From positions 1,981 to 65,980 of the forward strand of contig JAGWDQ010000060.1 in assembly GCA_018260615.1 (NCBI GenBank): DNA of 64,000 nucleotides, given 5' to 3'. This DNA comes from Candidatus Altarchaeum sp. (GTDB lineage Archaea > Altiarchaeota > Altiarchaeia > Altiarchaeales > Altiarchaeaceae). The number at the start of each line of letters is the position of its first letter. The first letter of the stretch is position 1. Below are positions 9,221 through 20,365 of the stretch, piece by piece. The notes under the pieces are model-generated. The model was not told where the DNA came from. It saw only the letters and a program-made list of their open reading frames with translations, and did not search any database. The translations under genes and the position numbers were made by a program.

Positions 9221-10282
9221 ATGGCAGAAGAAATATTTAAAGGACAAGGAATAATCGGAGATATCGGGACTTATGCGGCTCCAAAAATTATGGTAGTTGG
9301 TGCAGGGGGCGCAGGAAGTAATAATATTGAACGACTGGCAATTGCAGGTCTTGGAAATGAAGGAGTAAAGTTAATAGCAACAAACACGGACAAAGTTCAC
9401 CTGATGAATTTAAAAGGAAACATGACGAGGATTTTAATCGGAGCAAAGACCACGGGAGGAATGGGTGCAGGAGGATTTCCTGATGTCGGGGAAGCAGCGG
9501 CAATAGAGAGCAACCAGTTACTTGCCCAACAGATGGAAGGGGTTGATTTGTTATTTTTGACAGCTGGAATGGGTGGAGGAACAGGTACGGGTGCAGCACC
9601 CGTAATAGCAAAAATTGCAAAAGATATGGGTGCTTTGGTTGTTGCAGTTATAACCTTTCCGTTTAAATTAGAAAGAGCAAGAACACAAAAAGCAAGAGAA
9701 GGGATAGAAAACCTGAGAAAGTATGCAGATACGGTTGTTATAATAGATAATAATAAGCTTTTGGAATATGCACCAAATGTTCCCATCAATGATGCATTTG
9801 CAGCTGCGGACAAGATAACAGCTACTTCGGTTAGAGGAATCTCAAAGACAATTTTAGAACCAAGTTTGATTAATATGGATTTCGCCGACCTTAAAGCAGT
9901 TATGACAAACGGAGATATATCAACAATCAGCGTCGGAAGAGGAGCAGGTCCCGATAAGATCAACCAGGCAACAGATGGTGTCTTATATCACCCGCTTCTA
10001 AATATGGAAATTAACAAAGGGCGGGGAGCGTTAATTCATATAACCGGAGGCCCAAATACAAGTTTAAACGATGTTACAAAAGTTGGAGAACTTATAACTC
10101 AAAATTTCCCGCAGGATGCAAATGTAGTATTCGGAGCAAGAGTTGAGCAGGGAATGGGTGACGAGCTGGAAGCAATAGCAATTTTAACAGGTATTTCAGC
10201 GCCGGATATGGTCAAAAGCCCATCGTTCCATGGACAAACAGGTTATGAAAAGAGCAATATAGGTAATATAAGGATGATATAA
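9221..10282 (+). CDS. ftsZ: Cell division protein FtsZ (third FtsZ core in the locus)
   Basis: 353 aa with GAGGAGSN, AGMGGGTGTGAAP and the T7 loop SLINMDFAD. Confidence 0.92.
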   Translation: MAEEIFKGQGIIGDIGTYAAPKIMVVGAGGAGSNNIERLAIAGLGNEGVKLIATNTDKVHLMNLKGNMTRILIGAKTTGGMGAGGFPDVGEAAAIESNQLLAQQMEGVDLLFLTAGMGGGTGTGAAPVIAKIAKDMGALVVAVITFPFKLERARTQKAREGIENLRKYADTVVIIDNNKLLEYAPNVPINDAFAAADKITATSVRGISKTILEPSLINMDFADLKAVMTNGDISTISVGRGAGPDKINQATDGVLYHPLLNMEINKGRGALIHITGGPNTSLNDVTKVGELITQNFPQDANVVFGARVEQGMGDELEAIAILTGISAPDMVKSPSFHGQTGYEKSNIGNIRMI

Positions 10283-10450
10283 AGATATGCAGAATGTTAT
10301 ATGGCTAACCATAACTGACTTTAAATTTTTTATTTTATTTTTTTAAATTTTTATTTTTACCTCTTATTTTTGATTTGTGACATCAGTATGAAATTTTAGA
10401 AAATTTTGCTGCACAAATTTCAACATAATATTTTTCTAATAGGTGAATAA

Positions 10451-11506
<1,056 letters not shown>

Positions 11507-11557
11507 GACCGCCTTTTTTTGAGTCATGATTGGTAAAAAAATGCAGGCGAAAAAAGA

Positions 11558-12057
11558 TGCAAAAATCTATGATTTTACTGAAAACTACAAGTTTTCAATC
11601 TTTAAAAATCTACAAGATTTTTAAATTGGAAATTTTTCCAGTATAAGTAAATTTAATAACTAAAAAAGTAAAACGCAAGACATCAGTTAACAATATAATT
11701 ATGGATTTTTTGAAAATTTTAGAGGAATACCGGGAAAGGGTCTTTGCTCATTTAATAAAGGAGATTCAACACCCACCTTTTTTTAGATTACATAAGTAAA
11801 AAAGTTGGACCAAAAAAAGATCACCTCGCTGACGTTCGGAGATATTCAAAAATTCCTTTTGAATATGCAAAAATCTACGATTTTACTGAAAATCTACAAG
11901 ATTTTCAATCTTTAAAAATCTACAAGATTTTTAAATTGGAAATTTTGAAATTTTTTATCTGCTACACAAAAAACTATAAATTTATAACTATGGATTTTTT
12001 GAAAATTTTAGAGGAATACCGGGAAAAGGTCTTTGATAAGTTAATAGAGGAGATTCC
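11558..12057. repeat. Imperfect tandem duplication of about 300 bp covering the promoter region and first 23 codons of the prenyl synthase gene
   Basis: 11558-11636 resembles 11867-11945 (hairpin-rich). 11701-11768 resembles 11990-12057. The upstream copy reads as a 32-codon decoy ORF, MDFLKILEEYRERVFAHLIKEIQHPPFFRLHK*. Confidence 0.7.
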
Positions 12058-13003
12058 GCAAAAAGAACCTGCTGACCACTATAAAATTTTAATGGAATAT
12101 CCGCTACGAAAAGGAAAATATCTGCGTCCGTTTCTGGTTTTAAGTACAAATGAGATGTTCGGAGGAGATGCAGACAAAGCAATAAATACCGCTGTTGCGA
12201 TGCAACTGAGCGAGGAATGGATTTTGATTCACGACGACATTGAAGATGATTCCGATATACGGAGAGGAAAACCTGCATTGCATAAAATTTACGGAATCCC
12301 GATTGCAGTGAATGCAGGCGACGCATTGTACTTAATAATGATGAATGTGCTTCGTAAAAACCGGGAAATTTTAGGCGACGATATGACTTTTGAAATAATA
12401 GATATTATGTACAACTCGCTTGAAAGGACTGCCGCCGGACAGTATCTGGAAATTTACTGGACGGAAAATGTCAAAGAGGACTTTTCAGATGGTGACTTCT
12501 ACAATATTGTTGAAGGCAAGACATGTCTTTATTCAATTATAACTCCTATGATTTTAGGCGCCAAAATTGCGGGTGTTGATGCGGAAATGACTAAATTTAT
12601 TCAGCCATTCGGAGATGCAATCGGCAAGGCATTCCAGATACAGGACGATGTTTTAAATTTAACCGGAGATGAAAAAATTTACGGAAAGGAAATTGCAGGA
12701 GACATAAGAGAGGGAAAGCTTACTCTGATATTCGCCGATGTTATAAGAAAATGCACTGCGAGTGAGAAAAAGAAAGTCATAGAAATATACCGAAAAAAAA
12801 GAACCGATAAGACGGATGATGATGTCAGATATGTTTTAAATTTAATGAAAAAGTACAAGTCCATTGATTATGCAAGGGAAAAGGCAAATGAATTCGCAAA
12901 CAAAGCAAGAGAAATTTTTACGGGAGCAACGGCAGATATTAACAACGATAGCAAGAATGTGCTTCTGAATTTAATTGATTTTATAATTACGAGAAAGGTG
13001 TGA
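11990..13003 (+). CDS. idsA: Polyprenyl (geranylgeranyl) diphosphate synthase
   Basis: First aspartate-rich motif is LIHDDIEDDSDIRRG and the second is FQIQDDVLN. I chose the ATG at 11990 (MDFLKILEEY) rather than the ORF-track start at 11936 because the duplicated upstream copy also begins at this ATG. Confidence 0.88.
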   Translation: MDFLKILEEYREKVFDKLIEEIPQKEPADHYKILMEYPLRKGKYLRPFLVLSTNEMFGGDADKAINTAVAMQLSEEWILIHDDIEDDSDIRRGKPALHKIYGIPIAVNAGDALYLIMMNVLRKNREILGDDMTFEIIDIMYNSLERTAAGQYLEIYWTENVKEDFSDGDFYNIVEGKTCLYSIITPMILGAKIAGVDAEMTKFIQPFGDAIGKAFQIQDDVLNLTGDEKIYGKEIAGDIREGKLTLIFADVIRKCTASEKKKVIEIYRKKRTDKTDDDVRYVLNLMKKYKSIDYAREKANEFANKAREIFTGATADINNDSKNVLLNLIDFIITRKV

Positions 13004-13065
13004 CCTGCTGCATCATTTGCAAAATTTAATGTTTTTGGAAATTTTTATTTAAAAACAAGAAGACA

Positions 13066-13680
13066 ATGACTGTTTATAAGTTGATACCCACGGATGATTA
13101 TCCCGCACTGATGATTGACGGAATTCTTATGCACTGCATAAAATGGACATCTCCGAAAAGGGACGCCGAAAACAAGGTAAAAATTTTAGGGATTAAGAAA
13201 GGAAGGGTTCTGGATATATGTACCGGACTGGGATATACGACAATTGCGGCATCACACTGTGCGGAGGGAGTTGTTACGATAGAAAAAGATGAAAATGTAA
13301 TTGAAATTGCGAAGAATAATGAATATTCAGCGGAATTATTTACCGGTAAAAACATAAAATCAATTATGGGTGAGGCATACGATGAAATAGAAAAATTTGA
13401 TGACGAATGTTTTGATTACATTATTCATGACCCTCCCACACTTTCAAGGGCGGGAGAGTTGTACGGAGAAAAATTTTATAAAAATTTATATCGCGTATTA
13501 AAGTCAGGCGGAAAATTATTTCATTATGTTTCTAAACCAGGCAGCAAATACAGAAATAAATCAGTTGAAAAAGGAATAATGAACAGGTTGAGAAATGTCG
13601 GGTTTGAGGTTAAATTTTATGAAAAGGTAAGCGGGGTTGTTTGTGTAAAGGAGAAAAAGAATATAAAAAGCAGAGCATAA
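13066..13680 (+). CDS. Class I SAM-dependent methyltransferase (DPPT motif, N-methylase/RNA methylase-like)
   Basis: Motif I is VLDICTGLGYTTI and motif IV is IIHDPPT. Confidence 0.7.
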   Translation: MTVYKLIPTDDYPALMIDGILMHCIKWTSPKRDAENKVKILGIKKGRVLDICTGLGYTTIAASHCAEGVVTIEKDENVIEIAKNNEYSAELFTGKNIKSIMGEAYDEIEKFDDECFDYIIHDPPTLSRAGELYGEKFYKNLYRVLKSGGKLFHYVSKPGSKYRNKSVEKGIMNRLRNVGFEVKFYEKVSGVVCVKEKKNIKSRA

Positions 13681-13715
13681 AAACATAATTGCAATTCCAT
13701 AGAAATTTATAAAAT

Positions 13716-14168
13716 TTATTCGTGAAAATTTTGTAAAATCAAAAATTTATATAATTTTATATTCTGTATTAAGTCATAAGTTGAAAACACAGGTATTTTG
13801 TTTTGTTTCTTAAATGATTTTTCTTCCGACCAGACAGGACACTTAAATTTTACTGCAAGAGCAAAATATTGTATATCTTTTATATGCGGAGACAATTCCT
13901 CCGCTTCTTTTACACATTCGTTGAACTCGTTAAATGGTATAAAGTCAATTTGGTCTTTAATAAATTTAAATGTCTCGCCAAGCACTTCTGAAGATAACTT
14001 GCTTCTTGTGACAATTTCTCCAAAATTTCTGCCGATTTCAAAAAACATAAATTCCGGGGCAATGAATTCGTATCTTTTAAAAGAAGCATTTGATAAAAAT
14101 ACATCAAATGACCCGCTTTTTGATAATAATGCAGAAAGCACTTCATTGGTATCAACCACTAATAACAT
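13716..14168 (-). CDS. PIN-domain protein (VapC-like toxin)
   Basis: N-terminal LLVVDTNEVLSALL and a PIN-like acidic residue pattern. It sits directly downstream of a small antitoxin-like ORF. Confidence 0.7.
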   Translation of the reverse strand: MLLVVDTNEVLSALLSKSGSFDVFLSNASFKRYEFIAPEFMFFEIGRNFGEIVTRSKLSSEVLGETFKFIKDQIDFIPFNEFNECVKEAEELSPHIKDIQYFALAVKFKCPVWSEEKSFKKQNKIPVFSTYDLIQNIKLYKFLILQNFHE

Positions 14169-14174
14169 TTTAAT

Positions 14175-14411
14175 TTATCCTGATTGTATGGATTCTATAA
14201 ATCTCCTGGAGAGGTCTTTATTGATTTTATCAGATAGTTCCTTTACATCACATTCTGTAAATTTACTCCCTGATAATTTTTCCTTTAACTCCAACATTTT
14301 TTCTATTTCTGACTTGAGCAGCCTTCTTACAACCAGATTCCAGTTTACTCCTGAAAATTCTTTCATATCCTGTTCCAGTTCTTCGGGGATAGCCACAACT
14401 AATTCGGCCAT
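14175..14411 (-). CDS. Putative antitoxin partner of the PIN protein
   Basis: 78-aa charged helical protein 6 nt upstream of the PIN gene and co-directional with it. Confidence 0.55.
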   Translation of the reverse strand: MAELVVAIPEELEQDMKEFSGVNWNLVVRRLLKSEIEKMLELKEKLSGSKFTECDVKELSDKINKDLSRRFIESIQSG

Positions 14412-14804
14412 GTTAAGTAATCAGATTAAGTTAGATTATAAATAATTAAATTGTCATTAATTAAGAATAACTAATATTGAATTACTAAAACAGGAAGTTC
14501 CATATTTATATTTTAATGTTAATTTTTTAATGTTAATTTGACAATGGATTAATAAAATTTTCAAAACGCAAGACATCAGTTTGTAATAGAAAATAACTTA
14601 TCTTTATATCAAAAATGACGGATATTAACAAGATCGAAAAACAAAAGTGATTGAACAACAACAAGAAATTTATGCCGATGAGGAAATTTATGAAATTTTG
14701 CACCCCGCAGTTAAGGAATTGTTTAATTAAAAATGCCAAATATCAAAATTCATATATGGTTAACACAATCTAATTTATAGCCCAAATACAAAAAATAGGG
14801 AAAG

Positions 14805-15290
14805 ATGAAAAATAAAACTAAAAACAGGTTGGAGCGAAAGTGGCAGAATTTGCCATTACATCATATAGATGCGTGTGTTGTAATAGAAGTTTTAATACAA
14901 CAAAAAGAATGCGAAGATTGTAAAAATTATTTGAACAAGGTTGGCTACAAATGCAGGAGTGCTTTATCTGTTTCTGCTCTTGGTGAAATAGTTATGTGTT
15001 CAATCAAAAAATTTGAGGAAGAAACAGAAGGCGGCAAAGTATCACTTTTTATTACTGACTTAGTAAATAAAAGAAAAATTGATTTTTCAGCACCGCAATT
15101 TGAGACATATGCAATAGTTGAAAAAATAAAAAAAATTGAAAGCAGAGTAGAACCAATGGATGCTTTAAATCTCGCAACTGCAATAACAGAAAACGCTGAT
15201 GTGTTTGTAACAATGGATAGCAAACTCGTGGGAAATAAGAAACTTGAATCCGCGTTTAAAATCAAAATTAAACACCCGCGCGATGTGTAG
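14805..15290 (+). CDS. PIN-domain protein
   Basis: Shows the PIN acidic quartet pattern: HHIDACVVIE, GEIV, MDALNLATAI, FVTMDSKL. Confidence 0.65.
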   Translation: MKNKTKNRLERKWQNLPLHHIDACVVIEVLIQQKECEDCKNYLNKVGYKCRSALSVSALGEIVMCSIKKFEEETEGGKVSLFITDLVNKRKIDFSAPQFETYAIVEKIKKIESRVEPMDALNLATAITENADVFVTMDSKLVGNKKLESAFKIKIKHPRDV

Positions 15291-15584
15291 TTTCTCTCCT
15301 CATTCTTTTTATAAGTTCTACTGCACTTTCATCTTTGTATTCGTCTTGTTTGATGCTTTTGTGAATGCTTTCCAACAGATCATCCAGTTTGGGATCTCCA
15401 AATCCTGTTTTTTTGTGTTCCATTTTATAAAATTGATGAAAAAATTTGATATTAATTAAGATTGAACTTAAATATAGAAATAAAAAACCTGAATTTGCCT
15501 TTGTAACAAGAAAAGCCCTTCGGGCAAATCTTACTGAAATCTTTGAGATTTCAATCTTTAAAAATCTGTAAGATTTTGAAATAA

Positions 15585-15745
15585 CTAAAATTGTATCCTC
15601 TCAAAATTTCAGGGCAATTTTAAATTTATAATTTAAAATACACGAAGAAAGTGAGCGTAAATATAAAAATTTAGTATTTTTCACTCGTAAAGTAGATATA
15701 GATAATTCAATTTACCTTGTTTTATTGAGAGGATACTAAAATTGT
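15585..15745. repeat. MITE-like element with terminal inverted repeats (gtatcctctcaa / ttgagaggatac)
   Basis: Left TIR at 15593-15604 and right TIR at 15725-15736. Only one copy in the window. Confidence 0.45.
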
Positions 15746-15905
15746 TATTTTCAAAACGTAGAGTTTTGAAAATATCTGAGCAACAGCGAGGTGATTTTCA
15801 AAAACGAAGTTTTTGAAAATATGAGAGCGAAGCGATTTCAAACTTGTTTGAAATACGGGAACGAAGTGAACGTAACTTATTTTCAAAACGCAGAGATTTG
15901 GAAAT
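15745..15905. repeat. Hairpin-plus-tail repeat array (four units)
   Basis: Hairpin units are attttcaaaa..ttttgaaaat, attttcaaaaac..gtttttgaaaat and atttcaaac..gtttgaaat. Each is followed by a tail such as gagcaacagcgaggtg, gagcgaagcg or gaacgaagtgaacg. Confidence 0.7.
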
Positions 15906-16024
15906 ATCCAAATGAAATGGGGTTATACTTTCCAGATAAGAGAATCTTATACTTTCCCGATAAGTAAATCGCATACTATTTATAATACTATAAAAACATA
16001 AATCTTTAAGATTGAAAAACAAAA

Positions 16025-18664
16025 GTGATTGAACAACAGCAGGAAATTTATACTGACGAGGAAATTTATAAAATTTTGCACACGATAGTAAGGGAATGGT
16101 TTATGGCTAAATTTGGTAAATTTTCCGTTCCCCAGAAGTATGCCGTAATGGATATCCATAATCGGCAAAATGTTTTGATTTCTTCTCCGACCGGAAGCGG
16201 GAAAACACTTGCAGCATTTCTTTCAATTTTAAATGAATTAATCAAACTTGCAGACAGGAACGAACTGGAAGATAAGGTCTATTGTATTTATATTTCTCCG
16301 TTAAAAGCACTTGATAATGATGTTGAGAAAAATTTAAATGAGCCGTTAAATGAGCTTGAAAAAATTTCGGGAAAAAAATTTGGCATCAGGGTTGCAGTAA
16401 GGACAGGAGATACAACGCAAACAAAGAGAACTGAAATGTTAAAAAAGACCCCCCACATATTAATAACAACTCCTGAAACGCTTGCAATAGTTCTTTGTGC
16501 CCCTAAATTTAAGGAGAAATTAAAAGATGTAAAGTATGTTGTCGTTGATGAAATTCATTCTCTTGCGGAAAACAAAAGAGGAGTACACTTAACTCTAACA
16601 CTTGAACGACTGCAAAATTTAGCCGGAAGATGGACAAGAATCGGATTAAGTGCAACGGTTGCACCGCTTGAAAAAATAGCCGAATTTTTGGCCGGATATG
16701 AAAGAGGAAAACCAAGGGACTGCAAGATTGTTGATGTAAATTTTTTAAAGCAGATGGATATTAAGGTTGTTTGTCCGGTTGAAAATATAATGGAGTCCAC
16801 TCCGGAAGAGTTAAGTAATGCCACTTATTCCCTGCTGCACCGCCTGATTCAGGAACACAAAACAACATTAGTATTCACAAATACAAGAAGCGGGACAGAA
16901 AGCGTTATATTTCATTTAAAGGAGAAATTTAAAAATTTTTACAATGACAATATAATGGCTCATCATTCCTCGCTTTCAAAGGAACTGCGATTGGAAGCTG
17001 AAAATAAATTAAAGGAAGGAAAATTAAAGGCGATTGTCAGCAGCACATCACTCGAACTTGGCATTGATATTGGCTATATTGATTTGGTTGTTCTTATAAG
17101 TTCTCCGAAATCAGTTGCGAGGGCACTCCAGCGAATCGGACGAAGTGGACATCGTTTGCATGAAAAATCAAATGGAATAATTATCGTTATTGACAGGGAT
17201 GACCTTGTTGAATGCGCAGTAATACTTAAAAACGCCGTTGAAGGAAGGATTGACGAAATTGATATTCCTCAAAATTGTCTTGATGTTCTTTCGCAGCAAA
17301 TTTTCGGGATGGCAATTGAAGATGACTGGGATATTGATAATGCTTATGATTTAATAAAGAGAAGTTACTGCTACAAAAATTTATCAAAAGACGATTTTAT
17401 GGGCGTGATGAGTTATCTTGCCGGAGAGTACAGCAGTTTAGAAGAAAGATATGTTTACGGAAAAATCTGGCTCAATTACGAAAAAAATTTATTCGGGAGA
17501 AGGGGAAAATTAGCAAGGGTTCTGTACTCAACAAATATTGGCACGATTCCCGATGAGTCATTCGTTCTCGTTAAATTAGCAAGTGAAAATAAAGTAATCG
17601 GAAAGATTGATGAGGACTTTCTTGAAAAATTAAAGAGCAAGGATATATTTGTTCTTGGCGGAAAAATTTACAGATTTGAATATACTCGGGGAATGATTGC
17701 TTATGTTAATAATTGCTCTGGACCTCCGACAATTCCGTCATGGTTTTCAGAACAATTGCCGTTATCTTTCGGACTCGCACTTGAAATTCAGAAATTTCGC
17801 TCGCTTTTAGAGGAAAAATTTAAAACATCGGATAAAAATTTAATAATAAAATTTATCGCCGACTATTTATATGTTGATTTCAATGCGGCAAATTCGGTCT
17901 ATGAATATTTCAGGGAGCAGTTTTTATACGCAAAAATTCCGCATGCCAGTCGTCTGCTCATTGAGTTTTACACCGGCTACGGAAACCGGAAATTTGTTAT
18001 ATTTCATTCATTATTCGGAAAAAGGGTCAATGATGCTTTATCAAGGGCGATTGCTTATATCATTTCAAAGACGGAAAGAAAGGACATAGGTATTTCAATA
18101 TCTGATAATGGATTCTATTTAAGTGCTGAGGGAAAGATTAAGGCGCTGCAGGCATTTGAAAATTTAAATCCGGAAAATCTGGTGGAAATTTTAATTAAGG
18201 CAATTGACAAAACAGAGGTATTGACGAGAAGATTCAGGCACTGTGCGGGTCGTTCTCTGATGATTTTGAGACAGTATAAAGGAGTGCGAAAGAGCGTGGG
18301 GAAGCAGCAGTTTAGCAGTAAAATTTTGCTGAATTTTGTGAAGGAACTGAATGAAAATTTTCCCATTTTGAAGGAAGCGAGGAGAGAGGTTATTGAGGAT
18401 TTTATGGATGTGAAAAATGCAGGTAAAATACTAAGGTGGATCGGGGAAGGAAGGATTAAAGTTGAATATATTAATACGACAATTCCTTCGCCGTTTGCAT
18501 TTAATTTAGTTGCACAGGGATATATGGATGTTCTGAAGTATGAAGAGCGGATTGAGTTTATAAGGAGGATGCATAAGGCAATACTTGAAGCGATAAAGTA
18601 TAAGGATAACGAATATAAGGATAACGAAATGAATAATTCAGAAGAAAATTTTGGTTTGGGATAA
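16025..18664 (+). CDS. lhr: Lhr-type ATP-dependent DEAD/DEAH-box helicase
   Basis: 879 aa with PTGSGKT (motif I), VVVDEIH (motif II), [11 protein letters not shown] and QRIGRSGH (motif VI), plus a long Lhr-like C-terminal extension. GTG start. Confidence 0.9.
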   Translation: MIEQQQEIYTDEEIYKILHTIVREWFMAKFGKFSVPQKYAVMDIHNRQNVLISSPTGSGKTLAAFLSILNELIKLADRNELEDKVYCIYISPLKALDNDVEKNLNEPLNELEKISGKKFGIRVAVRTGDTTQTKRTEMLKKTPHILITTPETLAIVLCAPKFKEKLKDVKYVVVDEIHSLAENKRGVHLTLTLERLQNLAGRWTRIGLSATVAPLEKIAEFLAGYERGKPRDCKIVDVNFLKQMDIKVVCPVENIMESTPEELSNATYSLLHRLIQEHKTTLVFTNTRSGTESVIFHLKEKFKNFYNDNIMAHHSSLSKELRLEAENKLKEGKLKAIVSSTSLELGIDIGYIDLVVLISSPKSVARALQRIGRSGHRLHEKSNGIIIVIDRDDLVECAVILKNAVEGRIDEIDIPQNCLDVLSQQIFGMAIEDDWDIDNAYDLIKRSYCYKNLSKDDFMGVMSYLAGEYSSLEERYVYGKIWLNYEKNLFGRRGKLARVLYSTNIGTIPDESFVLVKLASENKVIGKIDEDFLEKLKSKDIFVLGGKIYRFEYTRGMIAYVNNCSGPPTIPSWFSEQLPLSFGLALEIQKFRSLLEEKFKTSDKNLIIKFIADYLYVDFNAANSVYEYFREQFLYAKIPHASRLLIEFYTGYGNRKFVIFHSLFGKRVNDALSRAIAYIISKTERKDIGISISDNGFYLSAEGKIKALQAFENLNPENLVEILIKAIDKTEVLTRRFRHCAGRSLMILRQYKGVRKSVGKQQFSSKILLNFVKELNENFPILKEARREVIEDFMDVKNAGKILRWIGEGRIKVEYINTTIPSPFAFNLVAQGYMDVLKYEERIEFIRRMHKAILEAIKYKDNEYKDNEMNNSEENFGLG

Positions 18665-18770
18665 ATTTTAAAATTTTTAGTAATTTGGCTTATACATACT
18701 CTGCCAATACTAGCACTTCTATCTCTTTAATCCTCTTTAACTCCTTATCATTTGTTATAAAAAGAGTTGC

Positions 18771-18903
18771 ATTATAGTAAATTTATCAACTTTAAGTTCG
18801 CTTCGCTCTCATATTTCAAATTCTCTGCGAATTTGAAATTGCTTAAATTTACTATACTCGTGAATTCACTTCAAAGGTATCAAAAGTTAGTGAATTCACT
18901 ATA
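18771..18903 (+). repeat. 133-bp structured interspersed repeat (family R2), copy a
   Basis: Near-identical to 61625-61757. It contains nested palindromes: atttcaaattc..gaatttgaaat, tagtgaattcacta, and tatagtaaattt..aaatttactata. Confidence 0.85.
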
Positions 18904-19268
18904 TTTTCTATTGCCACTGCAAGTTGAATGGCATCCGGTGTCTTTATCGCATATTGTGCTCTCAGTTCTGCCGCTTTTTCTGCAACTATCGGATCTATGG
19001 AATAGATTGTAAAATTACTTGCATTCAGAAGAAACTCCCTATATTTTTTCACCAGATCCATTCTTGATTTTTTAAAGGGTTGTGTCAGAACTTCTATGAG
19101 CGTAATTACTGATGAAAAGGGATAATAATAGCCATGGGAGTCATTTATTAATTTGAATATTTCATCAGTGATATTGCTAAAATCTTTATTCTCCTCAATG
19201 AAGTACACAATCGGAGCAGTATCAAACATTATCCTTCTGTGTTTCCCAATTACACTTTTTATTTCCAT
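18852..19268 (-). CDS. vapC: PIN-domain toxin VapC (C-terminus replaced by repeat R2 sequence)
   Basis: N-terminal MFDTAPIVYFIEE and the DAIQLAVAIE motif. The last 17 codons and the stop lie inside repeat R2. Confidence 0.75.
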   Translation of the reverse strand: MEIKSVIGKHRRIMFDTAPIVYFIEENKDFSNITDEIFKLINDSHGYYYPFSSVITLIEVLTQPFKKSRMDLVKKYREFLLNASNFTIYSIDPIVAEKAAELRAQYAIKTPDAIQLAVAIENIVNSLTFDTFEVNSRV

Positions 19269-19495
19269 GATTCCCTTTGTTCATTAACATATTCCTGGGC
19301 ATCAATACCTTCCCATATTTCCTTACCCACTCCTTTTATGTCATAGATATTGATTTTTTTACCTCGCTCCAAATGTCCATAAATATCCAACGCTAATTTA
19401 TAGAGAACGAGTATCTTTTCGTTATGTGTAAGCTGTGAAATTCCTGCATATATCGTTTGAATGTTTGTATTAATCATTTTTACACAGTATAACAA
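19259..19495 (-). CDS. VapB-like antitoxin
   Basis: Overlaps vapC by 10 nt. Its C-terminal KGVGKEIWEGIDAQEYVNEQRESW is typical of small PIN-partner antitoxins. The real start may be the internal MINTN. Confidence 0.6.
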   Translation of the reverse strand: MLYCVKMINTNIQTIYAGISQLTHNEKILVLYKLALDIYGHLERGKKINIYDIKGVGKEIWEGIDAQEYVNEQRESWK

Positions 19496-19681
19496 ATTTA
19501 TTTAGATATTATATTGGTTAAATTAATTGAGATTTAAAGATATTAAATGGATGTTCTGAAATATGAATAACGGATTGAATTTATAAGGAGGATGCATAAG
19601 GCAATACTTGAAGCGATAAAGTATAAGGATACGAGTGATGCTGATGCAAATAATGATGCAGATGCTGATATGGAAGAAAAT

Positions 19682-20338
19682 TTATAAATCCAGCATTTCA
19701 TAAAATTTTCCTTTTTTCAATATCATCCCGTTTTTTTCCATAACTATTTTCTTTATCTGTTTGGGTGCATTGTATGTTACAACCGGAACATCTGCGTATT
19801 TTAAAATTTCAACATCGCTGTTTCCATTGCCGAGCACAATCAATTTTCCGCAGTCCTCTCTGTTGCAGATTTCCTTCAATTTCATTAATTTATCGTTTGC
19901 AGTCATTATGTCTCTTCTTATTTTCCACCGGTTTTTGCTTCTTTCAAGTAAATTTCCATAGACATTAATTTCATAGTCCTTTAAGGCAATTTTTATTAAA
20001 TTTTCAATCCCTCTGCTTATGATAATCTTATTTTCTAAATTTTTTAATGTCTGAGCAACATCTTCCGGAACCGAAAATTTATCCGATGATTTTTTCATAC
20101 ATTTTTCAATCTCTGCTTCCTTCAAATTCAGGGTATTAAGGCAGTCCTCAAAAACATTATAAATTTCGCTCAAATCGTCTTTTTTTTTGTGAATGTACAT
20201 ATCTGCCAGACGCAAAAACAGTTCCGCCTTTATCTTTAGACCTTTGTTTGCAAAAATTTCCTGATAAAATTTATATTCCAGATCATAGCCCTTTACGATT
20301 GTGCCGTGAAAGTCAATTATGTATGTTTTTGTTTTCAT
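19682..20338 (-). CDS. HAD-superfamily hydrolase-like protein (atypical motif I)
   Basis: Motif I-like IIDFHGT and motif IV-like GNGNSDVE. Size and helical cap are consistent with a phosphoserine-phosphatase-like HAD. Confidence 0.5.
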   Translation of the reverse strand: MKTKTYIIDFHGTIVKGYDLEYKFYQEIFANKGLKIKAELFLRLADMYIHKKKDDLSEIYNVFEDCLNTLNLKEAEIEKCMKKSSDKFSVPEDVAQTLKNLENKIIISRGIENLIKIALKDYEINVYGNLLERSKNRWKIRRDIMTANDKLMKLKEICNREDCGKLIVLGNGNSDVEILKYADVPVVTYNAPKQIKKIVMEKNGMILKKGKFYEMLDL

Positions 20339-20365
20339 TTTAAATTTTAAAATTTTTATTTAAAT

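Larger units (their letters stand above)
14630..16108. mobile_element. Cassette at the 5' end of lhr, bracketed by about 100-bp diverged direct repeats (about 14630-14730 and 16009-16108) duplicating the lhr start
   Basis: The upstream copy keeps a 27-codon frame, [27 protein letters not shown], against the resident [27 protein letters not shown]. The interior carries a PIN gene, a TIR element and hairpin repeats. Confidence 0.6.
18524..19635. mobile_element. Cassette at the 3' end of lhr, bracketed by about 88-bp direct repeats (18524-18612 and 19547-19635) duplicating the lhr 3' end
   Basis: About 4 mismatches by eye. The second copy has an in-frame TAA and a different acidic tail, KYKDTSDADANNDADADMEENL. 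The interior holds a 133-bp repeat and a VapBC pair. Confidence 0.65.

Noticed and set aside
15268-15423. 51-codon minus-strand ORF (MEHKKTGFGDPKLDDLLESIHKSIKQDEYKDESAVELIKRMRRE...) as a possible antitoxin for the PIN gene at 14805-15290.
   Set aside because: It is convergent with the PIN gene and overlaps its 3' end rather than lying upstream. It has no recognisable antitoxin fold motif. Coding status is uncertain.
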